A stretch of DNA of 64,000 bases from Ferroacidibacillus organovorans (GCF_001642725.1 NZ_LSUQ01000005.1:1-64000); one strand, 5' to 3'. Shown: positions 1 through 11,620, counted from the first letter of the stretch. Made by a program: numbers and translations. The notes: generated by a model not told the origin, from the letters alone.

Positions 1-68
1 CAGTTAAGCCCTCCAGCGCCGATGGTACTTGGACCGCAGGGTCCTGGGAGAGTAGGACGTTGCCAGAC
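1..68 (+). rRNA. rrf: 5S rRNA, 3' portion (truncated by window start)
   Basis: CAGTTAAGC...GCGCCGATGGTACT...GGGAGAGTAGGACGTTGCCAG matches the conserved 3' half of Bacillota 5S rRNA; rrn-yaaC-guaB order as in Bacillus. Confidence 0.95.
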
Positions 69-73
69 AACGC

Positions 74-99
74 GCGACACCTCACGGTGTCGCTTTTTT
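74..99 (+). terminator. Intrinsic terminator of rRNA operon
   Basis: GCGACACC-tcac-GGTGTCGC hairpin followed by T6; overlaps yaaC stop on the other strand. Confidence 0.8.
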
Positions 100-1098
100 C
101 ATATGGATGCACCCAAGGATCTGGTTAGCCAGATAATTTGGAAACTCGTGCAGGACTAATGTACATAATCGCTTCATCATCAGAGTTTCAACTGATGATT
201 CTTCTCCGACGAGAGAAATCCATTCTTCTGCTTCATAGCGAGCGATCATGCTTGCGTGAAAAAGTAAACACGTCCAGATGAATGGTTCTGGTAGAAGGGG
301 AATTTCATGGTGAATTGCCGGTGGGATAAATACGAAGTTGATCGTTTTTGTATCCCCGTCTGTTCGCTTACAACGTAGCGGGTGATCCATCATCCGTAAC
401 GTGGGCTCTCCCGTCATCCATACGTTTTGCACGAACTGAACTTCTGTCTGAGGCGTTTCACATCGTTCGCTGGTTCGGTCTTGTGTAAAAAGTATCTTAA
501 TTTCCTCGTGAGTCATCTGGCACCGTCTAGGCAAATCTGCGGCGAGGTTTAACTTGGTTTGAGAGACAGTACACTTCGATGTTCGCCGAGAACGGTTCAT
601 GATTAGTTGTAAATCGTCCACCTCTGGAATACAACCCCACAATTCATCGATTTTAAAGGAGTAATCTTGGTCAAATCTTGAGAGATGTTTCAGATTTTCC
701 GGATTAAAGGTCATCAGCCAATCAAGCATGGCTCCTCTGCGCTTTAAATAAATGCGATCACGCCAATACTCATGGTTTGTTGATTTCTTTCGCGCTGTAC
801 TTAAACCGTGTTGCGTGGAGTTTGTTGTTTTCGTTGTTCTGTGATGGAGTAGAACAAGGACTTTTGTATAGTTGAGAATTCCGTAGTAGAGAAGCAGTGG
901 CCGAAGCGCGAGTGTCCCCCTCTCTGCTTGGACAAAATAGGTTCTGCCCATCCTTAGCAAAGAGGACAGACGATAAGATACATCCATGCGCTCTTCAGGT
1001 TTAATACGTTCATTATCTTTTAAAAATGCACGGGCGCCTGCAGGCAACTCCAAGGTAGAAAGCAGATCGGGAAGCTCGTAAGGAACATTTGAATTCAT
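82..1098 (-). CDS. yaaC: YaaC family protein
   Basis: 'RPLLLYYG...KVLVL...HGLS' and 'SMIARYE..EW' motifs; divergent from guaB next to rrn; start moved to ATG 1098 behind GGAGTGGTG. Confidence 0.75.
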   Translation of the reverse strand: MNSNVPYELPDLLSTLELPAGARAFLKDNERIKPEERMDVSYRLSSLLRMGRTYFVQAERGTLALRPLLLYYGILNYTKVLVLLHHRTTKTTNSTQHGLSTARKKSTNHEYWRDRIYLKRRGAMLDWLMTFNPENLKHLSRFDQDYSFKIDELWGCIPEVDDLQLIMNRSRRTSKCTVSQTKLNLAADLPRRCQMTHEEIKILFTQDRTSERCETPQTEVQFVQNVWMTGEPTLRMMDHPLRCKRTDGDTKTINFVFIPPAIHHEIPLLPEPFIWTCLLFHASMIARYEAEEWISLVGEESSVETLMMKRLCTLVLHEFPNYLANQILGCIHMKKATP

Positions 1099-1140
1099 AC
1101 GGTTGACACCACTCCATACGCTCGTTAGACTTACTCGTAA

Positions 1141-2652
<1,512 letters not shown>

Positions 2653-2719
2653 TCATCTGAGGAGCAGATCGGCGTATTCTACATTATTGTTATGATGAAA
2701 CGTAACAGGGGCGTGTAGA

Positions 2720-3448
2720 ATGGAGATCTTTGCACACCGAGGGGCGAGCGCGCATGCGCCTGAAAATACGATGGCCGCATTTGTGGCAGCCTATGATCAA
2801 CGCGCAGATGCTATCGAACTGGATGTTCACGTTGCGGCGGATGGGACAATCGTTGTCATTCACGATGACACGGTTCAGCGTACGACGCAAGGAACAGGCG
2901 CTGTTGCGCAACTCACCTATGATCAGTTAAGGCGATTGGATGCAGGTTCTATCTTTGGAGCGTCCTTTCGCGGTGAACGCATTCCGACACTCGCAGAAGT
3001 ACTTGACTTTGTCAGGAGCACCTCGATGCGAGTAAATATTGAAGTAAAGGGAGCGAATTTGTCAGAGGAGCGGTTGCTTCAACTGATTCGCGATCACGAT
3101 ATGATAGAGCGCACGATCGTCTCATCGTTTTCCTGGAATGTGTTGCGAAAGATGCAGGCTGTTGATTCGGGTGTACAGGTTGCGCCTCTTTGTACCGAGT
3201 TTCACGTTTTGACGCCAGATGAGGCGTATGCGCGAGGTTTTCAGGCGATTCATCCCCATCTCCGCAGTCTGTCTCCTATGTACATTCGCAGGGCCATTGA
3301 TCTGGGAGTATCGCTTCGTCCGTATACGGTCAATCGCACAGAAGATGTGTCTGCACTGTTTCGCCTGGGGACGCATGCGATTATTACGGATGATCCGTTG
3401 AGGGCGCGCCGTATCGTTCAACAGATGCGCTCCGGAGACCGTAGATGA
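2720..3448 (+). CDS. Glycerophosphodiester phosphodiesterase (GDPD family)
   Basis: AHRGAS..APENT..AF, IELDVH, HD.T..RT, RIPTL.E, IITDDP. Confidence 0.93.
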   Translation: MEIFAHRGASAHAPENTMAAFVAAYDQRADAIELDVHVAADGTIVVIHDDTVQRTTQGTGAVAQLTYDQLRRLDAGSIFGASFRGERIPTLAEVLDFVRSTSMRVNIEVKGANLSEERLLQLIRDHDMIERTIVSSFSWNVLRKMQAVDSGVQVAPLCTEFHVLTPDEAYARGFQAIHPHLRSLSPMYIRRAIDLGVSLRPYTVNRTEDVSALFRLGTHAIITDDPLRARRIVQQMRSGDRR

Positions 3449-3527
3449 TGTGCTATACTCTAGTCAATGGGTTGCACCAAAGAGATAATGGAAGAAATAA
3501 AAGTTGACGGAGAGGTAGGAATTACTT

Positions 3528-4412
3528 ATGACTGTAATTGGATCAGATCGCGTCAAGCGAGGAATGGCGCAAATGCAAAAAAACGGCGTCATTATGGACG
3601 TCATCAACGCGGAACAGGCGCGCATTGCTGAGGCGGCGGGGGCAGTTGCCGTCATGGCGTTGGAGCGGGTTCCGAGTGACATTCGCGCTGCAGGTGGAGT
3701 CGCTCGCATGGCGGATCCGACCATCGTTGAAGAGGTCATGAAGTCAGTTTCGATTCCCGTCATGGCAAAGTGTCGCATTGGGCATATCGTCGAGGCGCGC
3801 ATTCTTGAAGCGATGGCCGTTGACTACATTGACGAGAGTGAAGTTTTGACACCGGCTGATGACAAATTTCATATCAATAAGCGAGATTTCACGGTTCCAT
3901 TTGTCTGTGGCGCGCGCGATCTTGGTGAAGCGTTACGACGAATTGCAGAAGGGGCCTCGATGCTTCGTACAAAAGGCGAACCCGGTACGGGGAATATCAT
4001 TGAAGCAGTGAAACACATTCGCACGATGCGCGCTCAAATTCGCAAAGTAACCGCGATGTCAGAAGATGAACTCGTTGCCGAATCTAAAGCGATCGGTGCA
4101 CCTTATGAACTCTTGCTTGAGATTCATCAAACGGGTGAGCTCCCTGTCGTGAATTTTGCGGCGGGCGGCGTTGCAACACCGGCAGATGCAGCGCTCATGA
4201 TGGAGCTTGGGTCGGATGGCGTATTTGTCGGTTCCGGAATTTTCAAATCGGAGAACCCCGAGAAATTTGCGCGTGCCGTGGTTGAGGCGACGATGAATTT
4301 CCAGGATTACGACCTTCTTGTGCGTCTCTCAAAGGATCTTGGAACACCGATGAAGGGGATCGAATTGTCTACGCTTGCTAATAATGAGCGTATGGCTGAA
4401 CGCGGTTGGTGA
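3528..4412 (+). CDS. pdxS: Pyridoxal 5'-phosphate synthase lyase subunit
   Basis: [46 protein letters not shown]. Confidence 0.98.
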   Translation: MTVIGSDRVKRGMAQMQKNGVIMDVINAEQARIAEAAGAVAVMALERVPSDIRAAGGVARMADPTIVEEVMKSVSIPVMAKCRIGHIVEARILEAMAVDYIDESEVLTPADDKFHINKRDFTVPFVCGARDLGEALRRIAEGASMLRTKGEPGTGNIIEAVKHIRTMRAQIRKVTAMSEDELVAESKAIGAPYELLLEIHQTGELPVVNFAAGGVATPADAALMMELGSDGVFVGSGIFKSENPEKFARAVVEATMNFQDYDLLVRLSKDLGTPMKGIELSTLANNERMAERGW

Positions 4413-4419
4413 TTGCCTG

Positions 4420-5007
4420 ATGGAACGTGTAGGAGTACTAAACGTGCAAGGAGCGGTTCGCGAACACGCGGATCATCTACGACGTGTAGGCAGTGAGGTT
4501 GTGCTTGTCAAACATCCAGAAGACCTTCAGGTGATTGATGGGCTGATTATTCCGGGTGGAGAAAGCACGACGATTGGTAAGCTGATTCGCAAATATGAGC
4601 TCTATGACGGCATTCGGGAACGCATCGAAGATGGGATGCCGGTCTTTGGGACATGTGCGGGATTGATTCTTCTAGCAAAGAAGATTGAGGGCAGCGATGA
4701 AGCGCATCTCGCCGTGATGGACACGGTGGTTGATCGCAATAGTTTCGGGCGGCAGCGAGAGTCGTTTGAGGCGAATCTGCCGATTTCTGAGATTGATGGG
4801 GAGGCGTTTCCATGCGTCTTCATTCGGGCACCTCATATTGTTTCGGCAGGATCTGACGTGAGCGTGCTGGCCACATACGGAGAAAAAATCGTGGCGGCAC
4901 GCCAAGGCAATCGACTGGCAACTGCGTTTCACCCGGAACTCTCCGATGATTTGCGCATGCACGCGTATTTTCTAGATATGGTTCGGGGATCAAGCCAACC
5001 TGATTAA
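4420..5007 (+). CDS. pdxT: Pyridoxal 5'-phosphate synthase glutaminase subunit
   Basis: QGAVREH, PGGESTT, GTCAGLI, RNSFGRQ, FHPEL. Confidence 0.97.
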   Translation: MERVGVLNVQGAVREHADHLRRVGSEVVLVKHPEDLQVIDGLIIPGGESTTIGKLIRKYELYDGIRERIEDGMPVFGTCAGLILLAKKIEGSDEAHLAVMDTVVDRNSFGRQRESFEANLPISEIDGEAFPCVFIRAPHIVSAGSDVSVLATYGEKIVAARQGNRLATAFHPELSDDLRMHAYFLDMVRGSSQPD

Positions 5008-5036
5008 GCTATAAAGAAGAGTAGAGAATAGCGATG

Positions 5037-5063
5037 AAGAGGCAGCCGTGAGGCTGCCTCTTT
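5037..5063 (+). terminator. Hairpin terminator after pdxST
   Basis: AAGAGGCAGCC-gtga-GGCTGCCTCTT-T perfect stem, short T tail. Confidence 0.65.
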
Positions 5064-5071
5064 GGCGGGAA

Positions 5072-5100
5072 TTGCCCGTCACCCGGGAGTATGGTATCTT
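5072..5100 (+). promoter_or_regulatory. Putative SigA promoter of serS
   Basis: TTGCCC-17 nt-TATCTT with extended -10 TG. Confidence 0.5.
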
Positions 5101-5138
5101 TTGGGCATTGGATATTGATAAACATGGGAGTGGTTTTT

Positions 5139-6437
5139 GTGTTGGATGCGAAGCTTTTGCGACAAAACCCGGATCGAATGCGACAGGCATTGTCAAGAAG
5201 GCGCGAGTCACAGGAAACCATCGATATGTTTGAGCAATTTTTAGATGAAGATCGAAAATGGCGAGAATATGTTGCGGAAACAGAACAGCTAAAGGCAAAT
5301 CGAAATGCGGTTACTCAACAGGTGGCACAAGCAAAAAGAAATGGTGAAGATGCACAGTCGTTGATTGAAAAGATGCGTTTGGTGGGCGATCAAATTCAGG
5401 CGTTGGATGCGCAAATTCGGGAATCAGAGCAAGTCATTGAGGACTGTCTCTTGAGATTGCCCAATCTCCCCCATGACAGTGTCCCAGAAGGCGCAAGTGA
5501 AGAGGAGAATCCCGAACTTCGTCGACACGGTGAGGCTCCAGTTTTTTCATTTGAACCAAAGAACCACTGGGATCTTGGTCAACTTTTAGGCATTCTCGAC
5601 TTTGAGCGTGCGGCAAAGGTGAGTGGTTCTCGTTTCGTTATCTATAAAGGATTGGGAGCGCGTTTAGAGCGTGCTCTGATGAATTTCATGATTGACATGC
5701 AGGCGGGGCGCGGTTATGAAGAAGTGTGGCCGCCTTATCTGGTCAATCGTGCAAGCATGGTTGGGACGGGAAATTTGCCGAAGTTTGAAGACGATGTTTT
5801 TCGCGTCGCGGATGAGGACTTTTACCTCATTCCAACAGCCGAAGTTCCTGTGACGAACCTCCACCGGGATGAGATTCTTGCGCTGGAAATGCTGCCGATT
5901 AACTATGCTGGATTCAGTTCGAGCTTTCGCTCAGAGGCAGGTTCATCTGGTCGCGACACACGTGGGCTTATTCGGCTGCACCAATTTCAAAAAGTCGAAC
6001 TGGTGAAATTTACGACCCCTGAGAGCTCTTATGATGCGCTTGAGGCGATCGTAGAGGATGCAGAAGCCGTGCTGCGCGCGCTTCGACTCCCTTATCGCGT
6101 GATCGAAATTTGCACAGGTGATCTAGGTTTTAAAGAGACAAAAAAGTACGATCTTGAGGTGTGGCTCCCTGGAGCAAAGATGTATCGCGAAATTTCTTCC
6201 TGTAGTAATTTCGAAGATTTTCAGGCGCGAAGAGCAAACATTCGCTTTCGCCGAACGGAGAAGAGCAAGCCTGAGTTTGTTCACACGTTAAACGGATCAG
6301 CGCTAGCGCTTGGGCGAACCATGGCGGCGATTCTTGAGAACTATCAGGAAGCAGATGGAACGATCCGCGTACCAGAGGTATTGATTCCTTATATGGGCGG
6401 CGTGACGCGTATGGGCTACGCCAATGAGCGTATCTAG
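5139..6437 (+). CDS. serS: Serine--tRNA ligase
   Basis: MLD start, coiled-coil arm, [44 protein letters not shown]. Confidence 0.98.
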   Translation: MLDAKLLRQNPDRMRQALSRRRESQETIDMFEQFLDEDRKWREYVAETEQLKANRNAVTQQVAQAKRNGEDAQSLIEKMRLVGDQIQALDAQIRESEQVIEDCLLRLPNLPHDSVPEGASEEENPELRRHGEAPVFSFEPKNHWDLGQLLGILDFERAAKVSGSRFVIYKGLGARLERALMNFMIDMQAGRGYEEVWPPYLVNRASMVGTGNLPKFEDDVFRVADEDFYLIPTAEVPVTNLHRDEILALEMLPINYAGFSSSFRSEAGSSGRDTRGLIRLHQFQKVELVKFTTPESSYDALEAIVEDAEAVLRALRLPYRVIEICTGDLGFKETKKYDLEVWLPGAKMYREISSCSNFEDFQARRANIRFRRTEKSKPEFVHTLNGSALALGRTMAAILENYQEADGTIRVPEVLIPYMGGVTRMGYANERI

Positions 6438-6737
6438 ATGAATACGGCGTTCGCGCTCTGGGTGGCGGCTGATGGGGTGCTTCTCGTGTGTTTGTGGATA
6501 CAGCACCAGGTGATGGCTGTGTCCGCCTTTCAACGTTCGGCAATCATCAGCGGTTTTTTTTTCCTCGTTTCTATGATTGGATTGCTCGCTATGCCTGCTC
6601 GTTCAGGTATAGCGATCGCAGTTGTCTTCCAGTCACTGGGATGGATCTTTACGTTTGCCATCACGTTGCGTGCACTAAAGCAGCGGCGTAAAGGATCAGG
6701 TTCATCTGTCAAGACAGGAAAAGGTTTGAATAGGTAG
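6438..6737 (+). CDS. Small membrane protein (about 3 TM), coupled to serS
   Basis: ATG abuts serS stop (TAGATG); three hydrophobic stretches and basic tail. Confidence 0.65.
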   Translation: MNTAFALWVAADGVLLVCLWIQHQVMAVSAFQRSAIISGFFFLVSMIGLLAMPARSGIAIAVVFQSLGWIFTFAITLRALKQRRKGSGSSVKTGKGLNR

Positions 6738-6830
6738 GCGCGGATTCTTTCCTTGAGTCATATAGTGTCGTATCGAGACGGATTCGCTTTGTGCTGACCG
6801 TCTACGCACAGATCAAGGGGAGACGCAACC

Positions 6831-7493
6831 GTGCCAGAAGATCGCAAGCTCCGCGTTAATTCAACAAAATCCTCTCAAAAACAACCTGTGACGCTGGCGG
6901 CTGGCACCAAGAAACAGCCAGCCAAAAAACGTCGCCCGCGCCCACACGCGACGCGTGCGGATCACGTTACAGCAGCGTCTACGGATGTGGCCGAACCGAT
7001 GCAAATGGAATCTCCTGCCGCAACCCGCTTGACGCTTCGCATGATGTTGCCGGAGGATGAAGCTGTCGTCACGCGTGTCACTCAGGAAGAACTAAGCGGC
7101 ATTTATCGAGAGAGTTATGGAAACGATCTCGATATGAGCATGGTGATGCAATACATCCAAAGCGCGCAGACGCGCATGATTTTGGTGAATGACCAGGTCG
7201 CGGGCTATGTAAGCTACGTCGCGGATGATTTTGGGCGCATGAATGTTGGCTCACTTGTCATTGGCAAAGGGCACCAAGGCCACGGGTACGGTACGCGCAT
7301 CATGAAATATTTGGAGCAAGAGGCGCGCGCGATGGGGATGAATGAGATCGAAGTGTTCATCCAAGGAACGAACACGCGCAGTCAAGCGTTTGTGCAACGA
7401 TTGGGTTATGTACAAGTTCAGTCGAATCAACCGCAGACGATTGTAATGATAAAGACATTACGTACTACGGGTGAAGCACAACCACCACAGTGA
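6831..7493 (+). CDS. GNAT family N-acetyltransferase with basic N-terminal extension
   Basis: Motif A 'HQGHGYGT', 'N..SQAF..RLGY'; SD AAGGGGAG. Confidence 0.85.
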   Translation: MPEDRKLRVNSTKSSQKQPVTLAAGTKKQPAKKRRPRPHATRADHVTAASTDVAEPMQMESPAATRLTLRMMLPEDEAVVTRVTQEELSGIYRESYGNDLDMSMVMQYIQSAQTRMILVNDQVAGYVSYVADDFGRMNVGSLVIGKGHQGHGYGTRIMKYLEQEARAMGMNEIEVFIQGTNTRSQAFVQRLGYVQVQSNQPQTIVMIKTLRTTGEAQPPQ

Positions 7494-7507
7494 AAATGTG
7501 CGTTGGG

Positions 7508-7546
7508 TAAAGGTTAGGCACGTTAAGGTGCCTAACCTTTATTTTT
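7508..7546. terminator. Bidirectional terminator
   Basis: TAAAGGTTAGGCAC-gttaag-GTGCCTAACCTTTA between convergent genes. Confidence 0.85.
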
Positions 7547-7850
7547 ACCAGTACCACCAAGGGCTGAGAGCTGAGATTGCGAGGAATGGCAGGAAGAAAA
7601 ACGGCCAGAAGACTTGCTCAAATGATTCTGACTCACCGTGATGGATTGCGCTTACAGCGTCTGCGGATGGTAAATTATCCTGATCATTTTGACGGATTGA
7701 AACGGTGCGAGCGCCGTTTGTATTCATCTGACGTAGGTGGATACCGTCTGCCGTCACATGATGGATGACCCCATAATGAGCCCGTCCGTAGGCGTGAACG
7801 CAAACGGGTTGGCCGTAGAGTGAACGCGCTTGATGATACAGCGGATGCAT
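7545..7850 (-). CDS. Hypothetical protein, His/Tyr-rich N-terminus, aromatic hydrophobic C-terminus (possibly spore-associated)
   Basis: Strong SD GGGGAGGTG; ends FWPFFFLPFLAISALSPWWYW. Confidence 0.7.
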   Translation of the reverse strand: MHPLYHQARSLYGQPVCVHAYGRAHYGVIHHVTADGIHLRQMNTNGARTVSIRQNDQDNLPSADAVSAIHHGESESFEQVFWPFFFLPFLAISALSPWWYW

Positions 7851-8047
7851 GCGTATAACACCTCCCCATGCGAATTGAACGTCTTACACCGTCAATCAAT
7901 GCGACATTCGGGGCAAATGGAAGGTACAAACGCTGATTCATTGCGAACTCGATGTTGATTTGCAAGTGCATGGGCTGTGAGTGGGACTGGTTGAAAGTGT
8001 ATTTTGAGGTTGAATTGAACTGTGGTATTCTAAGATTTATGGAACAT

Positions 8048-8126
8048 GCACCCGTAGCTCAGGTGGATAGAGCGGTGGTTTCCTAAACCACGTCTTGCGG
8101 GGGTTCGAGTCCCTCCGGGTGCGCCA
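8048..8126 (+). tRNA. tRNA-Arg (anticodon CCT)
   Basis: Acceptor GCACCCG/CGGGTGC, D arm GCTC/GAGC with A20, anticodon arm GTGGT-ttCCTaa-ACCAC, TTCGAGT loop, encoded CCA. Confidence 0.96.
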
Positions 8127-8134
8127 AAAAGTAC

Positions 8135-8175
8135 AATAAAAGCGGCTTCCAGAGATCTGGGTAGCCGCTTTTATT
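8135..8175. terminator. Bidirectional terminator between tRNA-Arg and aldolase gene
   Basis: AATAAAAGCGGCT...AGCCGCTTTTATT inverted repeat. Confidence 0.85.
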
Positions 8176-8198
8176 AATTTTACTCCCGAAAAAAGTGA

Positions 8199-8864
8199 TT
8201 AAGCTTTGGCAGATGCAAATTCACGTTTGCGCTCTTCGATTTGTCTGAAGGCTTGCTCTGGCAAAGGCTTCTCGCCACCAATAAGGCGAGCGTGAAGAAT
8301 CAACTCTGCCGCTTCATCGAGCGTAGCTAGCAATTGCGCAGTTTCTGAAGGCGTGTTGCTAAAGGCGAGTACGCCGTGGTTGGCTAGAAGAACGGCTGAA
8401 ACGCCAGAATTTTTTTCGACGGCGTTGACAATTCCTTGTACAGAGGCGTCAGAACCCCGCGGAGCCCAGGCGATGACAGGTGTAGGTTCGGTCACGCCAA
8501 AGCGCATGAGTGGTTCGTAGACCACGGGAATGGGTTCGTGTGCGATCGCAAATGCGGTAGCGTGCGGTGCGTGGGTGTGGATGATTCCGCCCACAGTTGG
8601 ACGGGCTCGATAAACAGCGGCATGCATTTGAATGATTTCCGCCTGTGTGGGCATAACTTCGCCTTCGAGAACCGTACCGTCTGTTCGAATGACAGCAAAA
8701 CTATCCTCATCGAGACTGGCAACATTACCGCCGCGTGTCATCAACATGGTATCTTCACTTAGACGAGCAGACAGATTGGCGTGGTGACCGCGAAACATCA
8801 GCCCAGCATCCCTCAACGAAATGGCCGCTTGAATAATCGCTTGTTTTGCTTCTTTGACATCCAT
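8199..8864 (-). CDS. Class II aldolase/adducin family protein
   Basis: NLSAR, 'E..MHAAVYRARP.VG.IIHTHAPHA', 'LLANHG' metal-binding His pattern. Confidence 0.92.
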   Translation of the reverse strand: MDVKEAKQAIIQAAISLRDAGLMFRGHHANLSARLSEDTMLMTRGGNVASLDEDSFAVIRTDGTVLEGEVMPTQAEIIQMHAAVYRARPTVGGIIHTHAPHATAFAIAHEPIPVVYEPLMRFGVTEPTPVIAWAPRGSDASVQGIVNAVEKNSGVSAVLLANHGVLAFSNTPSETAQLLATLDEAAELILHARLIGGEKPLPEQAFRQIEERKREFASAKA

Positions 8865-9005
8865 CGTTAAACACCCCCGTAGGTATTGTGGATCTATACT
8901 GTATTATACAGCATAATGCGTTTGACGCAAGAGGTTGGAAAACCGCGGGCGGGAACATTCGGGATTTTGGAATAGAGCACAGGGTATAGTTTATGAGTGT
9001 GCCTT

Positions 9006-9056
9006 TGTCGTATTATGTCGAAATTGGTTGTATCACATACAACCGTATGCTATGTT
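9006..9056 (+). promoter_or_regulatory. MCP promoter with tandem Spo0A-like boxes and palindrome over -35
   Basis: TGTCGTA (9006) and TGTCGAA (9016); TTGTAT-17-TATGTT with extended TG; GGTTGTAT-cac-ATACAACC. Confidence 0.5.
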
Positions 9057-9099
9057 AACTTTATATCTATTTTAAATATAAAGTAAGGGGTTACATAGT

Positions 9100-10815
9100 G
9101 TGAATCGAATCCGTCATAGTTTCGTGGGCAAGCTCATGTTGTTGCTGGGCATCATTGTCACTGCCGTAATTATCATGATTATTGTATCGTTTCAACATTC
9201 GCAGAGGGTAATCCAGGCAACCAACCTCCTTCGCAATACGGGTATTCGCATCAATCAATATTCACATCAAGCTTATACTTCCTTTTTAACTATGGATGAT
9301 CAATCGAACATGTGGGTCGGGCTAAACGGTTTTGGAAATCAGACACTTAGACAAGCCACCTTTAATCAAATCAAGGTGGCAGAAGCCAGCCTCAATCAAT
9401 CCCTACAGAATCTCGCGCCGCTCATGGCAAGTGCAACTGACCAATCCTTGTTACGTCGCGCGATGCGCGATGCGACAGGTTATGAAGGTTACTTTTCGCA
9501 AGTTGAGAAACTGAACGTGACGGATCACAAAGCGGCCCAACAGATTATGTATATTACCAATAGTGCAGTTTCAAACGCCCTTACCACGGATTTGATCAAT
9601 CTTGAGGATATTGGAAAAGTGATTGTTGAACAAAACGCGAAGAGCACCTTGATGGATGCAAAGAGTCAGGAACAAATTGTTCTATTCGGCGGCGTGATCA
9701 TCGTCCTCTTTGCGCTTAGCATCATGTTTTTTGTGTACATCCTCTTAAAGCCACTCACCCTCATTGTGAAAAGAGTACATCAGATCGCGGACGGAGACTT
9801 TAGTGTCGAGGCGCTTCGTGTGAAAAATAAAGACGAGATCGGCGTTCTTGCTGAATCTTATAATGAAATGGTCAACCGTTTGCGTGGGATTTTAATGAGT
9901 GTGAGCGATAGCGCGCAGCACGTCGTTGCAGCCTCTCAGGAACTGATGGCAAACGCTTCGCAAACGAGTGTCGCCACGGAACGCATTGCAGAAAATATTC
10001 AAGAGGTTGCGTCAGGCGCTGAACTGCAATCGTCGAGCACAAACGCGGCAGTTACCACCATCTCTGAGATTGGCGCTTCCGCACAAGAGATTTCCAAGCG
10101 CACAAAGAGTGTCGCCGCGACTTCGGTTGATGCAACCGCACTCTCCAATCAAGGGTTAATTGCGATTCAACAGGTTTATGATGCGATGGTTGGAATTCAA
10201 TCTCAGGTTCGCATCCTTGCGTCAAATGTTAGCGCATTAGAAAATCACTCACAGCACATAGGCGAAATTGTCAATGTGATCAGCGAAATCTCGGGGCAAA
10301 CGAACCTGCTCGCGTTAAACGCAGCGATCGAAGCGGCGCGGGCTGGGGAGTATGGAAGGGGCTTTGCGGTTGTTGCAGAAGAAGTGAGGAAGTTGGCAGA
10401 AGAGTCGGCTGCGTCATCAAAACAAATTGCCGATCGCATTCACTCGATTCAAACAGAAATGTCTGCCACCGTGGATCTGACATCCTCTGTGCAGCAGAAA
10501 GTAGAAAATGGGATGAATGATGTTCAAACGGCAGGCTCTGCGTTTACAAACATTCAACGCGGGATTCAAGAAGTGTCGCAACAAATCGCCGAGGTCTCAT
10601 CTGTTGTAGAGCGAATGTCTGAGGGTACGGTTGACGCTAACCAATCCATGCAAAACGTGTCGAATCTAACCTCCGGGGCGTTCACGAGCACAAGAAATGT
10701 GTCGGAGGCAGCTCAAGAGCAGTTGGCATCCATGGAAGACATTGCGGCGTCGGCGACAGAACTCTCAAGTATGGCGGAAGCATTGCAAGAAAAACTGTCA
10801 CACTTTAAAGTATAG
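9100..10815 (+). CDS. Methyl-accepting chemotaxis protein (TM-sensor-TM-HAMP-signalling)
   Basis: Two TM segments, HAMP 'DEIGVLA.SYN.M', hairpin tip '[35 protein letters not shown]'. Confidence 0.97.
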   Translation: MNRIRHSFVGKLMLLLGIIVTAVIIMIIVSFQHSQRVIQATNLLRNTGIRINQYSHQAYTSFLTMDDQSNMWVGLNGFGNQTLRQATFNQIKVAEASLNQSLQNLAPLMASATDQSLLRRAMRDATGYEGYFSQVEKLNVTDHKAAQQIMYITNSAVSNALTTDLINLEDIGKVIVEQNAKSTLMDAKSQEQIVLFGGVIIVLFALSIMFFVYILLKPLTLIVKRVHQIADGDFSVEALRVKNKDEIGVLAESYNEMVNRLRGILMSVSDSAQHVVAASQELMANASQTSVATERIAENIQEVASGAELQSSSTNAAVTTISEIGASAQEISKRTKSVAATSVDATALSNQGLIAIQQVYDAMVGIQSQVRILASNVSALENHSQHIGEIVNVISEISGQTNLLALNAAIEAARAGEYGRGFAVVAEEVRKLAEESAASSKQIADRIHSIQTEMSATVDLTSSVQQKVENGMNDVQTAGSAFTNIQRGIQEVSQQIAEVSSVVERMSEGTVDANQSMQNVSNLTSGAFTSTRNVSEAAQEQLASMEDIAASATELSSMAEALQEKLSHFKV

Positions 10816-10837
10816 GTAAAATCGGGGAGGTAATGAC

Positions 10838-11278
10838 ATGATTCAAGAGGTATCCGATCTTTATGCGCTCCTTACGGCAGTCCATGAAAGTATTGACAAC
10901 ATGCTGAACGATTTGACGGATGGACAGTGGTTAAAAAAACCGTTTCCCAATTTCAACAATGTCGCGTCCGTGGTGGATCATATTACTCGCGTTGAGAAAA
11001 AATTTCTCTCGGGTATTGAAGGGGCGTTACTTGAAACCAATCCGGGAGAGCCGTTTAAGGTTGAGCAGTGGGACTTGTTTGCCATTCGTCAGGCGTGGGC
11101 TGCGTCACTTCCCTATGCGAGGCAGGTTTTGACAAAGGTCACCTTGGAGGACTTGACCGACCCGGGAATGAAACTAGGCATTGGCGAGTTAAACAAGCGC
11201 CAGCTCATCAGTTACACAATTGCGCACGCCACCCATCACCGAGGACAGATTCCACTTATTAAGAAGTTACTCGGTTGA
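10838..11278 (+). CDS. DinB family protein
   Basis: 'DHI..VE' and C-terminal 'HATHHRGQI'; SD GGGGAGGT. Confidence 0.88.
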   Translation: MIQEVSDLYALLTAVHESIDNMLNDLTDGQWLKKPFPNFNNVASVVDHITRVEKKFLSGIEGALLETNPGEPFKVEQWDLFAIRQAWAASLPYARQVLTKVTLEDLTDPGMKLGIGELNKRQLISYTIAHATHHRGQIPLIKKLLG

Positions 11279-11286
11279 TCGCCGAT

Positions 11287-11330
11287 CGGATAGAGCTTCG
11301 CTCACGAAAGCGGTGACGGAGCTTTATCCG
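11287..11330. terminator. Hairpin between convergent dinB-like and cstR genes
   Basis: CGGATAGAGCTTCG...CGGAGCTTTATCCG stem. Confidence 0.65.
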
Positions 11331-11591
11331 TTATCTGCTTTTTAACAGAAGATTCATTGCTTGTTGCACTGCGTCGTGTGTAGAAATCTCGTTCTCCATA
11401 TCCATGCGAATGCACTTCTCTAAATTGTCAACGACAATCGCAGCAATCGCTTTATCCACTGCGCTGCGAATCGCAGAGAGTTGAGTCACGACATCTTTAC
11501 AATCCCTTTCTTTTTCCATCATTTCCAAAACACCGCGAATTTGACCTTCTACACGCTTAAGCCGATTGAACATTTTATCTGTATACTCCAT
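11331..11591 (-). CDS. cstR: CsoR/RcnR family repressor, CstR (persulfide-sensing) type
   Basis: 'RLKRVEGQ.RG', Cys31 (DCKDVVTQ) and Cys60 with Asn rather than His four residues earlier (DNLEKC); divergent from rhodanese/TauE genes. Confidence 0.85.
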   Translation of the reverse strand: MEYTDKMFNRLKRVEGQIRGVLEMMEKERDCKDVVTQLSAIRSAVDKAIAAIVVDNLEKCIRMDMENEISTHDAVQQAMNLLLKSR

Positions 11592-11620
11592 GCATCTCGC
11601 TCCTTTATAAAGGATATTCT

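Noticed and set aside
5031..5090. T-box riboswitch upstream of serS
   Set aside because: Too short; no specifier stem, T-box sequence or antiterminator
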